Shown: piece by piece, positions 49,163 through 58,249 of the stretch
How positions within the stretch are numbered: the stretch's first letter is position 1
How the letters are laid out: every line of letters starts with the position of its first letter
DNA from: a virus
Length of the DNA: 64,000 nt
Virus record (IMG/VR): IMGVR_UViG_3300032215_000682
Span: 32,001-96,000 of that record
Reading direction: 5' to 3' (one strand)
Notes under the pieces: model-generated
Databases searched by the model: none
What the model was told of the DNA's origin: nothing
The model's input: the letters and a program-made list of their open reading frames with translations, nothing else
Translations under genes and position numbers: made by a program

Positions 49163-51256
49163 TTATTTTATTCCTGTAAAAGGAGAATTATTATATTTTC
49201 TTTTATTTTCACTAAAAGGATTATTTATTTTTTGACTTTCCATTCCTATAAATGGTGTTGTGATATGTCTTTTAGGAATATAAGTTTCACTTTTTCCAAT
49301 AGAAGCTACATCAAAATTTGTTAATGGTGTTGCTATATCTAAGTATCTTGCTGCTGTTAAACAATGCCCAAAACCAATGATTCTATCATAGTTTCCATCA
49401 TGCACACCTTTATTACTAGAAGATTTACCCTTATATTCTATCATTTCTTCAAGAAGCATTACATCTGGAATTCTACAACATCCCATTTTTATTACTTCTT
49501 CCCCATCTTTATCATACATGTATATTTCTTCTTTGGTGTATTCCACCATAATATTCATGTAATATTTTTGATTAACTGTTGTAGCAGCAAGTCCTTTATT
49601 TCTTTTAGCAAATGTTAGAGGATTTATTTGTTTAGCAAGTTCTTGGGATTCTAATAGAAGATGATCTTTATTTTTTAAATAAAAATATTGTATAAGAGTT
49701 TTATCTTCATTCTCTGGAAGTCCTAGAGCATTATAATATTCACATACATCTACACAAAGTCTATGAAAATCTTTCACTTCTTTACATCTTCCTGTAAAAG
49801 AACAAACAACACTATTTTGATATTCTCCAAGAGGTGTATACATTCTTTTAAAAACATATATACTTCCTAAAGAGTTTATTTTATCACTAGATTCATTTTC
49901 ATTATAAGGGTCAATTCCTACAACATAAGTTCCAAATGGTAGTCCTTCTATTGGATGCTCATATATAACTACAGGAGCTTCTTTAATATCTTTAGGGCCA
50001 ACAGGAAATTTTAATATTGGTTTTAAATTAGATTCTTTATATTCTACTTTATTATTTTCATCTCTATATAATTGTACACATAAAGGTTCATAGTGTTTTT
50101 CTAATTCATTTTTATGACCTTTAATAGCATCAACAGGAAAATTGTTATTAGAATCTGAAAGGAAAACATCATCTACTGTAAGTGGGTAGTACATCTTCCA
50201 CTTGTGGTACATTGCTGTATCATTAGAATTTAAAAATGCATCAAGTTCTTTTTTTATTGTTTCTCTAGCTAATACTTTATCAGATATTTTTATAGTGGTA
50301 ATCCATAATTCTGAATCTTTAGGTATTTCTAATAGAACACTAGTGTCAAGCAGGTGTTGAGCAAGTGTTGTTATATACTTACAATCACTTCTGTATTCTC
50401 CTGATAAAAATATACCTGTCACTCTACCATCTTCTTGTACTTCAGAAATTAGATTATGAGCATCTGGATTAAAGAATAATTGTTTAGCATCAAAAGCATT
50501 TTCAACATTACCTCCTGTACCCATTAGCATTGGAATACAAGTCCATCCAAATTCATTAAGCATTGCTGGTTTAGAACCTATAAATGCTGAAAGAAATTCT
50601 GCCTTACCTATTTCATCCCATATATTACATTTAAGTCTTGAAACACCAGCAGCCTTTTCTGTACTTTTACCTCCTGATGTATTTCTAATCACATATTGAG
50701 AATACACATCATTATCATTATTCTTTCTTTTAACTCCAAGTAACACCCTCTCATCACTCCAATCTCTTGTAATCCTTGGTATTCTAAATGGTTTAGAACA
50801 ATTTAATAGACCATAATCAAGAGAAGCTGTTAAGTTATTAAGGTCATCTTTACTTGTTCCCATTAAAAGATTTTGACCTCCTTTAAATAATATACCAGAT
50901 CTACCTGCATAAGAAGATTGTACTGTCGTCTTACTGAATTGTCTAAGGCCCATTATTCCTATACCTTTTCTTGTTCTTTCAGCTTCTAATAGAATGTCAT
51001 TAAACTTTAATTCATTATCTCTAAAAGTAGGTGTAATAGTAATGGGTACAGGTTCTCCCCAATCAGAAAGTTTAGAACCTTCTATCTTCCAATGATTAAG
51101 ATGCCAATAAAGCCATCCTGACATTTGCCATCCATCAATATTAATTCCTCTCTCTACTTTTCTTCTTTCTTCATTCCAGAATTCTTTATATCCAACATCA
51201 TCTGGATGCCAGGGAATTGTTTTCTCATCCATGTGGATGAACATTTGTACATTCAT
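49163..51256 (-). CDS. terL: Terminase large subunit
   Basis: ATPase motifs GLRQFSKTT, IWDEIGK and GTGG. RNase H nuclease motifs VVGIDPY, SLGSIYVF and NYDRI. Confidence 0.88.
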   Translation of the reverse strand: MNVQMFIHMDEKTIPWHPDDVGYKEFWNEERRKVERGINIDGWQMSGWLYWHLNHWKIEGSKLSDWGEPVPITITPTFRDNELKFNDILLEAERTRKGIGIMGLRQFSKTTVQSSYAGRSGILFKGGQNLLMGTSKDDLNNLTASLDYGLLNCSKPFRIPRITRDWSDERVLLGVKRKNNDNDVYSQYVIRNTSGGKSTEKAAGVSRLKCNIWDEIGKAEFLSAFIGSKPAMLNEFGWTCIPMLMGTGGNVENAFDAKQLFFNPDAHNLISEVQEDGRVTGIFLSGEYRSDCKYITTLAQHLLDTSVLLEIPKDSELWITTIKISDKVLARETIKKELDAFLNSNDTAMYHKWKMYYPLTVDDVFLSDSNNNFPVDAIKGHKNELEKHYEPLCVQLYRDENNKVEYKESNLKPILKFPVGPKDIKEAPVVIYEHPIEGLPFGTYVVGIDPYNENESSDKINSLGSIYVFKRMYTPLGEYQNSVVCSFTGRCKEVKDFHRLCVDVCEYYNALGLPENEDKTLIQYFYLKNKDHLLLESQELAKQINPLTFAKRNKGLAATTVNQKYYMNIMVEYTKEEIYMYDKDGEEVIKMGCCRIPDVMLLEEMIEYKGKSSSNKGVHDGNYDRIIGFGHCLTAARYLDIATPLTNFDVASIGKSETYIPKRHITTPFIGMESQKINNPFSENKRKYNNSPFTGIK

Positions 51257-51257
51257 A

Positions 51258-51575
51258 TTAATCTTCTTTCATCATAAATGACATTTCTACATCACCTTTA
51301 GTAGCAAGTTTTTTCTTATCTTCTTTCTCTCTTAATTCATCTAAAGCTGATAACATCTTAGGAAGTTTTTCCATAATAAATGCAACAGTTTTTAATTGAT
51401 CATTTTTTGAATTAATTATACCATTAACAACTCGCCCATTTGGTAATTCTTTAGGCCCATATTCATGTTGTAAATCATCTAAATTATAAGTATCAAGAGC
51501 TTTCCTCATTGATGCTATTTTATCTTCTAAATATTGTAATTCTAATGAAATATAATTTCCTTTATTTACTGCCAT
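51258..51575 (-). CDS. Hypothetical protein (possible terminase small subunit)
   Basis: Helical, immediately upstream of terL, ends ATKGD. Confidence 0.4.
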   Translation of the reverse strand: MAVNKGNYISLELQYLEDKIASMRKALDTYNLDDLQHEYGPKELPNGRVVNGIINSKNDQLKTVAFIMEKLPKMLSALDELREKEDKKKLATKGDVEMSFMMKED

Positions 51576-52254
51576 AATAATCTTTTTTAAATACCCATTT
51601 AAAATCTTTATAAATTTCTTTTGATTTAATTGCTTTACCTATCATTGGAGCACACATATTGATGCTCTTAGAAGCTTCTTTTACTGTACCAAATTCTTCT
51701 ACAATAATATTAGTTATAGGATTTAATTTTAAAACAGCTTTGGCTACATAACTATCTTTACCTTTTCTACCAATTAAATCTGTCCTTTTATAAATTAAAT
51801 CTTTCATCTTTTGTTTCTTAGATTCAGAACCTTTCATACCAGTTCTTATCTTAGAAAATTTTTTACTTAGTTCTTTAGAAATTTTATAACCTTTTCTTCC
51901 ATTTCCACTTTTACCACCTTCTGTAAAATTAACAAGTTCTCCTGTCTTTAATTTTCTTCTACCATAAAGTTTTATTAATTCTACCTCTCTAGCTAAACAT
52001 TCTTTTCTATTATCAAATTCTTCTATAATTTCTATATTATATCTATACTTATTAGCTACTCTTTTCCAATACCCACTTCTATTTTTAAAATTACAAGCTC
52101 TACCATAATATCCTTTATATTCACAAGTACCAATTCCTATGTAAAATATTCTATTAGTATCTGCTCTGGCATGTTGATAAAGATAATATTTTTTATTTAC
52201 AAAATCACAATTTATTATAATACTATCACAACTAGACTCACTATCAATTTCCAT
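51562..52254 (-). CDS. Free-standing GIY-YIG homing endonuclease with NUMOD DNA-binding repeats
   Basis: YYLYQH...IFYIGIG...R, E..LIKLYGR, LVNFTEGG and a C-terminal NUMOD1-like EFGTVKEASK. Confidence 0.8.
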   Translation of the reverse strand: MEIDSESSCDSIIINCDFVNKKYYLYQHARADTNRIFYIGIGTCEYKGYYGRACNFKNRSGYWKRVANKYRYNIEIIEEFDNRKECLAREVELIKLYGRRKLKTGELVNFTEGGKSGNGRKGYKISKELSKKFSKIRTGMKGSESKKQKMKDLIYKRTDLIGRKGKDSYVAKAVLKLNPITNIIVEEFGTVKEASKSINMCAPMIGKAIKSKEIYKDFKWVFKKDYYGSK

Positions 52255-52582
52255 TCTCTAATATTTTTTTAAGTTCAGAATAATATTCTATCTTTCCATC
52301 TTTAATTTCCACCATTCCTCCAAGAGCATACTGTAATGAGTCTAATTTAGCTTTCATTTCTACTGTTAACACTTCTTCTAAGACACTTTCACATTCTATT
52401 TGAAGAATACTACACACCACTTTAAATTCAGCCTCTAATGCCATTATTTTAGTTATTAGAGCACCGAGTTTAATTTTATCAGATTGTGTTTTAACATCAT
52501 TCTTTAATTTATCAATCTCAGGATTAATAATTCCAATATCATTTAGTATTTTTTCTAATCTTTTTATTAACTTTTCCTTCAT
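52244..52582 (-). CDS. Hypothetical protein
   Basis: ORF in the co-oriented operon. Confidence 0.55.
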   Translation of the reverse strand: MKEKLIKRLEKILNDIGIINPEIDKLKNDVKTQSDKIKLGALITKIMALEAEFKVVCSILQIECESVLEEVLTVEMKAKLDSLQYALGGMVEIKDGKIEYYSELKKILENGN

Positions 52583-52691
52583 ATATTAATTCTAATTTAC
52601 CTTTTATTTCTTTATAATAATTACCTGTTATTTTATCATAGAATACATTACCAAGTAATTCTTCTAATTCTTCTTTTTTAATATTTTCCAT
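52539..52691 (-). CDS. Small hypothetical protein (50 aa, MENIKKEELEELLGNVFYDK...)
   Basis: Fills the gap with overlaps on both sides. Below the ORF-track cut-off. Confidence 0.5.
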   Translation of the reverse strand: MENIKKEELEELLGNVFYDKITGNYYKEIKGKLELIYEGKVNKKIRKNTK

Positions 52692-52914
52692 TTATATTTT
52701 TTGCTATAAAATAAATTGCTTCAGTGGTATCTTCCAAATCAAATTCTTCTTTTATTTTATTCAAATAAACTTCTAATTTTTTAGATTTCTTTTTTAATTT
52801 TCTAGGCAATCTTTTAACAGTATAAGGAATACTAAAGGTCACACCACTTGGTTCTATCTCAGTCATTTTAAAAGGAGAGGTGTTAATTAAATTAATTTCA
52901 TTTATATCTATCAT
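52678..52914 (-). CDS. Hypothetical protein with RLPRKLKK motif
   Basis: ORF in the operon. Confidence 0.55.
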   Translation of the reverse strand: MIDINEINLINTSPFKMTEIEPSGVTFSIPYTVKRLPRKLKKKSKKLEVYLNKIKEEFDLEDTTEAIYFIAKNINGKY

Positions 52915-52928
52915 ATTTTAATATTTTT

Positions 52929-53357
52929 TCATTTCAATAATTCAAGTTCTTCTTGTTCTGAAAATGTACACACTGGATCTAAATTATTAAAAATTTTATC
53001 CATCTTTGTACATATAATGACTTTTCCTTCTTTATCTAAACTCAAATAAGTTTCATTAGAAAATTCAGTATTAAGTCTTGGTATACTATTACAACTTTCT
53101 ATTTTATTACCTTTACCTCCATAAGCTTTTGGATAATCAAAAGGATTAGCTCTTGTTGCTGTTAAATTAACACCCTTAATAATAGATATTTTAGGTAGAG
53201 TAAATAATTTCTTAAAATTATTATAACTTTTCCAAAATATATTTTTAAAAGATTGTGTATAATTAGGATTAATTATATAAAATTTTCCACTTCTAATTGG
53301 AATACTAATTGTAATTCTATTCCATTGAATATCTATTTTTTGTATCTTTTGTTCCAT
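52929..53357 (-). CDS. Hypothetical protein (probable start 53357, MEQKIQ)
   Basis: ATG lies 4 nt after the upstream stop. Confidence 0.5.
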   Translation of the reverse strand: MEQKIQKIDIQWNRITISIPIRSGKFYIINPNYTQSFKNIFWKSYNNFKKLFTLPKISIIKGVNLTATRANPFDYPKAYGGKGNKIESCNSIPRLNTEFSNETYLSLDKEGKVIICTKMDKIFNNLDPVCTFSEQEELELLK

Positions 53358-53361
53358 AATA

Positions 53362-53646
53362 TTAATATTTTCTAACATATTCAAAATCTTCTGAAAATTC
53401 TCCATCACCTAAATAAGATTGTTCTAATTCTCTTTCATATTCTTCTAGTCTTTTCATATACTTATCATTAGACCAATAATGAGGACTACTTCCATCACCT
53501 TTACTTCTAAGTATATTATTTCTATGTTGTGCAATAGGTATATCTGGATAGGTTTCTGCTATTGAAGCTTCTTTATTAATAATAGCACTTCTCAAATATC
53601 TTTCTGGTTTTGCTTCTTTAAATTCTCTTATTGTTTGTTCTTGCAT
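53362..53646 (-). CDS. Hypothetical protein
   Basis: ORF in the operon. Confidence 0.55.
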   Translation of the reverse strand: MQEQTIREFKEAKPERYLRSAIINKEASIAETYPDIPIAQHRNNILRSKGDGSSPHYWSNDKYMKRLEEYERELEQSYLGDGEFSEDFEYVRKY

Positions 53647-53652
53647 TTTGAT

Positions 53653-54336
53653 TTATTTATTAATTTTTAAATTATATTTACTCTTAATATCTCTATAATT
53701 ATTTTCTTTAAATAATGTATTATGTATTGTTGCAAATAAAATATTCAATTTTTTAGATATTTCTAATATTGAAAAATTTTCATTATACATTTTAAATATT
53801 TCTATAATTATTTCTTCTGAATATCTTCTTCTTATATTAGGTTTTCCTTTAGTACAATTTATTATTGATAATATTTGTTTTTCTGTTTTTGGTCTTTTAC
53901 CTAATTTCTTTCCATTTTCTATAACTAATTTAGAAGCTACTCTACCCTCTTTCCATTTAATACCCTTTTTTGTACTACTCATTTTTTCTCTAACTTCTTT
54001 AATAGGTGAATATGTACCTTTTCCACCATTATTACTATTTACGAGTTTAGCTCCTAGAGATTTAAAAAGTAATATAGTTTCTATTTCACATTCATTTATA
54101 CTTTCTAATTTTACACATCTTAATATTTCCATATTAATAGTATTACCTTTAAGTAATTCAAATTGAATCCATTTATGCTTATAATATTTTAATCTCTTAC
54201 TCTCACAAATATGACTTCTTAATCTTGCTTTAGGATTTTTTGAATACCCTATATATCTAATAATATTATTACTAGAAGATTTTAATCCATAAATATAACT
54301 AATTTCAGTGTAATTATTCATATTACCATTTGCCAA
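53653..54336 (-). CDS. Free-standing GIY-YIG homing endonuclease
   Basis: YIYGL...RYIGYSK.P..RL..H, E, LVNSNNGG, NUMOD3-like repeats and a C-terminal HTH. Confidence 0.8.
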   Translation of the reverse strand: MANGNMNNYTEISYIYGLKSSSNNIIRYIGYSKNPKARLRSHICESKRLKYYKHKWIQFELLKGNTINMEILRCVKLESINECEIETILLFKSLGAKLVNSNNGGKGTYSPIKEVREKMSSTKKGIKWKEGRVASKLVIENGKKLGKRPKTEKQILSIINCTKGKPNIRRRYSEEIIIEIFKMYNENFSILEISKKLNILFATIHNTLFKENNYRDIKSKYNLKINK

Positions 54337-54535
54337 GAGGGCAACTTATTTTTTCTTTACTTTCAACATTACTCATTGACTTCATTAAAAGTGGACATTG
54401 ACATATACCACATTTATCATCTTCAACATCTTTATCCCAATCAAAAGTTTCACTATTATAAGACTGTCTATTAGGACATGTCTTACATATCTCAAGTCTA
54501 GCTTTTGATATTTTTTCTATTTCTTCTATTTTCAT
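54323..54535 (-). CDS. Small zinc-finger protein (RLEICKTCP...CGICQCPL...CPLGKW)
   Basis: Conserved phage Cys pattern ending in CPxxKW. Confidence 0.65.
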   Translation of the reverse strand: MKIEEIEKISKARLEICKTCPNRQSYNSETFDWDKDVEDDKCGICQCPLLMKSMSNVESKEKISCPLGKW

Positions 54536-54903
54536 TACTCTGCTATTTGTATTATTTTAAGCATTGAATACTGTACATCATTTATAGTAAAGTCATAACA
54601 GCACCAAGGTAATCCTCCTAATATAACTTGATTCATTTCTCTACTTCCTTTATTACTATCTAAATTCTTATCATATTGGATTTTAAACTTTCCTTTTGGA
54701 GTTAGATAATAAAATTCTTCATAATTTGGTATTGTTATATTACCATTATTTTGAACTAAATTTACAAATTTAGGGAATATCTCTTCTATAAATATTCTAG
54801 TTAATTCACTAGTTGCTCCTCTTCCTGTTTTAATAATAACATCTCCTTCTGGTAGAATATCTATTATTTCTTCTTTATTTTTACTTATTATTTCAAATTT
54901 CAT
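54535..54903 (-). CDS. Hypothetical protein
   Basis: ORF in the operon. Confidence 0.55.
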   Translation of the reverse strand: MKFEIISKNKEEIIDILPEGDVIIKTGRGATSELTRIFIEEIFPKFVNLVQNNGNITIPNYEEFYYLTPKGKFKIQYDKNLDSNKGSREMNQVILGGLPWCCYDFTINDVQYSMLKIIQIAE

Positions 54904-55148
54904 GTTTTCGATTTATTTTTTTGTTCAAACTTTTTAAATTTAGTTTTACTACACACTGTAAATAATACATTTGTAAAACTAACATCATCTATTATAAAAC
55001 CATCTTCTCCAAAATGTTCTTCTATAAAATTAGTAAGTTTTTCTTTTTAAATTTTTGTTAATCTTATTTGCATATCTATCGCAACTTTTCCTATATTGTA
55101 TTTATGATTAGTTATTTTTTTAAATAAAAATTGTCCTATTCTTTTCAT
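54900..55148 (-). pseudogene. 82-codon gene with one internal TAA (55047-55049)
   Basis: MKRIGQF...IRLTKI-TAA-KEKLTNFIEEHFG...KSKT-TGA. Ends in an ATGA overlap with the 54903 start. Confidence 0.55.
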
Positions 55149-55267
55149 TTTAATATTTTATATATTTTCCATAATTTATTTTAGTAGTTTATATATCTTC
55201 CATCTAATAAAATTAGTCCATCCTTCTATTATTTCTTTTCTATGTTTCCAAATGTATATTATTCTTT

Positions 55268-55615
55268 TCATTTTTCTTCTTCATATTTATTTACTAAATC
55301 TAATAGATATTCCATAAACTTTTCTTTTGTTTTCTTATCTATATCTTGTAAAGAATTCCAACACCAAACACAATCATAGTCTGTAGCTCTATCATAAACA
55401 AATTTACCTGCTATAGGAAATACTAAATAAACTCCAAAATCTTCATAAAAACTTTTTTGAAAAAGAAACACATCTTTTAATTGTCCTAAATCACTAAAAG
55501 TATTACTAATACTATCCTTAAAGTTATCAAATTCAGAATTATAAATAAGAGTATTATTTTGGAAATTATCCCAGTCTTTACTCTTTATATACTCACTTAA
55601 TATTATTTCTTCCAT
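55268..55615 (-). CDS. Hypothetical protein
   Basis: ORF in the operon. Confidence 0.55.
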   Translation of the reverse strand: MEEIILSEYIKSKDWDNFQNNTLIYNSEFDNFKDSISNTFSDLGQLKDVFLFQKSFYEDFGVYLVFPIAGKFVYDRATDYDCVWCWNSLQDIDKKTKEKFMEYLLDLVNKYEEEK

Positions 55616-55982
55616 ATTTTTCTTTTCTTGCTAAATAAACATGTCTTAATGATTCTAATTGTTTCCAACATGCTCTTAATTTCAATGTAACATCAGTTTC
55701 CATATTTACTATTTGTGGATAGCCAAGTCTATATCTTTCTGATTTTCTTAACCTTCTTGCTATATTAATTAAATCTCTTGTGTATTTTCTAAGAGAAGAA
55801 TTATTAGTATAGAATATTCCAAGATGCTTAACTTCTAAAACAGGAAAAGATGAAGTGTCTATTTGTTTTTTAAACTCCCTCCAAAACATTTCATTGATAA
55901 TTTCTATCTTTTCAAAATCTTTAATAGGACATTTATCATTCTTTGCTACTTTATGATTTATATAAGCTAAGTTTCCTAACAT
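55593..55982 (-). CDS. HU/IHF-like basic protein (probable start 55982)
   Basis: VLEVKHLGIFY resembles the HU beta-arm. The ATG follows the upstream stop by 1 nt. Confidence 0.45.
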   Translation of the reverse strand: MLGNLAYINHKVAKNDKCPIKDFEKIEIINEMFWREFKKQIDTSSFPVLEVKHLGIFYTNNSSLRKYTRDLINIARRLRKSERYRLGYPQIVNMETDVTLKLRACWKQLESLRHVYLARKEKYGRNNIK

Positions 55983-55983
55983 A

Positions 55984-56325
55984 TTAACGATTGTCAAGTA
56001 ATATTTTAAACAAAGCCACATCACTTAAAGGAAAATTTAAATCATCACAAAGACATTCTCCAAATCCTTTATTCTTAATCATTCCCACTTTTCTTAATTT
56101 AGAAACAGTGTTATCTAATGCTGCTTTATTCTTTAATATTTTATTTTCAATTAGTTGTTCTTTAGTGTATTGATTATATCCTTGTCCTAGGAAATGAGAC
56201 AACACTAATATCTCACTCTTTGATAATGTAATGTTTTTTGTTAATGCTACAATACAAACTAATATTCTTGCCATATCAATTTTGTTATTGGTTTTTAACA
56301 CTGTCTTTAATTGTATTGGTTCCAT
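55984..56325 (-). CDS. Winged-helix-like DNA-binding protein
   Basis: LSKSEILVL...LDNTVSKLRKVGMI wHTH-like pattern. Confidence 0.45.
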   Translation of the reverse strand: MEPIQLKTVLKTNNKIDMARILVCIVALTKNITLSKSEILVLSHFLGQGYNQYTKEQLIENKILKNKAALDNTVSKLRKVGMIKNKGFGECLCDDLNFPLSDVALFKILLDNR

Positions 56326-56355
56326 TCTTTATTTTTATTCTTGAAATAGTATATT

Positions 56356-56628
56356 TCAAATTTCTTTCAATACCACTCTCTTCCTAATCCATGTTTTAGG
56401 TATTTTAATACATCCATCTAAATTTTTTATTCCATGTTCTTGAGGATTTATTCTAGAAGCTATTAACATGTATTCTTTAGTTTCTTTAATTAAAAATCCT
56501 GTTTGTTGAATTACCCAATCTGTTGTATCTGTCCATTTTAATATTTCTTCTTCTGAAAGCCATGATGTATTATTACTAATAGCATCTATCCATTCTATGT
56601 ATATTAAAGGAAATGTTTTATCTTTCAT
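56356..56628 (-). CDS. Hypothetical phage protein (IEWIDA...TGFL...IPK.WI)
   Basis: Motif pattern common to small phage proteins. Confidence 0.6.
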   Translation of the reverse strand: MKDKTFPLIYIEWIDAISNNTSWLSEEEILKWTDTTDWVIQQTGFLIKETKEYMLIASRINPQEHGIKNLDGCIKIPKTWIRKRVVLKEI

Positions 56629-56891
56629 TCTTTATTTTTAAATATTTCTAATGTATAAATAGTATCTCCACCTCCCATCATATCTTGATAATAAATAGCT
56701 GTAATAGTTTTACAATTATAACATTCATAACATCCAGTCCAAGATAAAGATGGTAAATGATTTACATAACATCCACATTTATAACAACCTTTTTTATTCT
56801 TTTTAACATCAATTGTTTCTATTAATTTAAAGTTTTTCTGTAAATCTTTATAATCAATTAGTTTACTATCTGTATATTCTTTAATAGTCAT
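56625..56891 (-). CDS. Small zinc-ribbon protein
   Basis: CYKCG...CYECYNC. First gene of the minus-strand block. Confidence 0.55.
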   Translation of the reverse strand: MTIKEYTDSKLIDYKDLQKNFKLIETIDVKKNKKGCYKCGCYVNHLPSLSWTGCYECYNCKTITAIYYQDMMGGGDTIYTLEIFKNKE

Positions 56892-56904
56892 TTAAAATAT
56901 ATTT

Positions 56905-57210
56905 TGTATTTTCAATTAGACATAAGAAGCCCTTACACATTTAAGTGCTTTTTGTTTTTAATTTAGATTTTCATACTACCAGGTGTCTTACTTATAACCA
57001 CATTTGCATGTTTTCCTTTCTGTCCACTTATTGCTTCTTGCTTTTAAAAGAAGTAGGAAATCCTGTTTCTTATATCTAAACCATTTTTGTCACTATTGGA
57101 GAAAATCAATTTCAACTATATTTCTATGTCTACTCTCCCAATCCAACTTCTGAGCTACTATTTAATAGCTGATAGAAATTATTCCTAAAGTCAAAATAAT
57201 TATCTGTGAC
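56905..57210 (-). ncRNA. Candidate structured RNA/5' leader (~300 nt)
   Basis: No ORF. Starts right after a TATCTTTG promoter and contains several hairpins and long-range complementary segments. Confidence 0.4.
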
Positions 57211-57214
57211 TATA

Positions 57215-57339
57215 CAAAGATAATATATGTTTTTGACATTTGCAAGTTTTTTACAAACTTTAACATATTATTATTTTAGTGTCTGCAAATATAAACTATT
57301 AATTTGACATTTCCAAATGTCTCATAAAATTATGTGAAA
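57215..57339 (-). promoter_or_regulatory. Two tandem Bacteroidota-type promoters for the late block, the distal one with the palindromic box
   Basis: TATCTTTG (57215-57222) with TTG at -33. TATATTTG (57286-57293) with TTTG at -33. Box at 57321-57339. Confidence 0.7.
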
Positions 57340-57528
57340 ACACTGAAAACTCTCTTTTATCTATTTAACAAATTTTATGTTAATTTATTTTAACATTAGA
57401 GCAAAATATTTTTGTTTATATAGTATATTTTTGACCAGAGGATTTTTAATTTTTATTAATTCTAAAATCTAAATAGAACTTCCCCAAGGTGAAAAGTTTC
57501 TTTGAACAGAGGAAACTTGTTTACTCAA

Positions 57529-57555
57529 TCTATTATGTATATAATACATAATAGA
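57529..57555. repeat. Perfect 12-bp inverted repeat in the strand-switch region
   Basis: tctattatgtat-ata-atacataataga. Confidence 0.85.
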
Positions 57556-57776
57556 GAATATGATAGGTGAGTTTAAAAATAACCCATTAGAGACACTTTT
57601 ATTTAAAATACACCCTCCTATACCACTTAGCCTATATTAAGCCCCCTATACTAGCTTAAAATTTGTTTTATGTGTGTTTTATAGTAAACCCAGATCCAAA
57701 AAAGACCCACACCAAATCTTGAGGAGCATCTATGCCCCCTCTATCTATTATTCATTCATAAAAAATTCAGACAAAA

Positions 57777-58169
57777 ATGAAAAGAACATCTATCAAAAGT
57801 CTTGTAATATCTAAGACTATCAACTCAATATCTTCATTGAGAACAAACACTTCAGGATATTTCTATGTCACTATGCTTAGTGGCACTAAGAGCAGCAATC
57901 TGTATCTAAGTAAAACTGCTACAGCAACTGCTAATGCATTAGGCTTGATGGCTGATGACAAAATACCTGCTGAACTTTTGAAGAACTCTGAAGTAGTTGA
58001 GACTACTAATGAGGCTAAAGAAGTGAGATATAAACTCTCATTTGGTAATTCAGGTGTCTATGCTTCATCAACAGAGCTGAATGACATCTTTGGTATTGAA
58101 GAGCAAATGGGTGATTTTGATGTTGTAGCATTCAAAGCTACATTCACTGAAAAGCCTGTTGCTGCTTAA
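57777..58169 (+). CDS. First plus-strand (early-type) hypothetical protein
   Basis: 130 aa, A-rich leader, locally higher GC. Confidence 0.7.
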   Translation: MKRTSIKSLVISKTINSISSLRTNTSGYFYVTMLSGTKSSNLYLSKTATATANALGLMADDKIPAELLKNSEVVETTNEAKEVRYKLSFGNSGVYASSTELNDIFGIEEQMGDFDVVAFKATFTEKPVAA

Positions 58170-58249
58170 ATTAATAGAATAGATTGGTGCTAATAACACC
58201 TTTCTATTCTTATTTGTAAAACATTTAAAATCAATTAAAATTTAACAAA

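Noticed and set aside
43342-51256. Introns or inteins in MCP, portal or terminase
   Set aside because: The ORFs are continuous and of normal length, with no intein C..HN signatures. The endonucleases are free-standing.
35-56173. Numerous short plus-strand ORFs in the ORF track (e.g. 4460-4831, 30143-30664, 44458-44751)
   Set aside because: They are antisense shadows of long minus-strand genes, with Ser/Leu/Ile/Phe-rich composition and no motifs.
349-56891. Alternative genetic code (TAG=Gln or TGA=Trp) as in some Crassvirales
   Set aside because: The long genes are intact under the standard code, and TGA serves as a real stop in ATGA overlaps. I saw no TAG stop among the genes checked, but there are no TAG-broken genes either.
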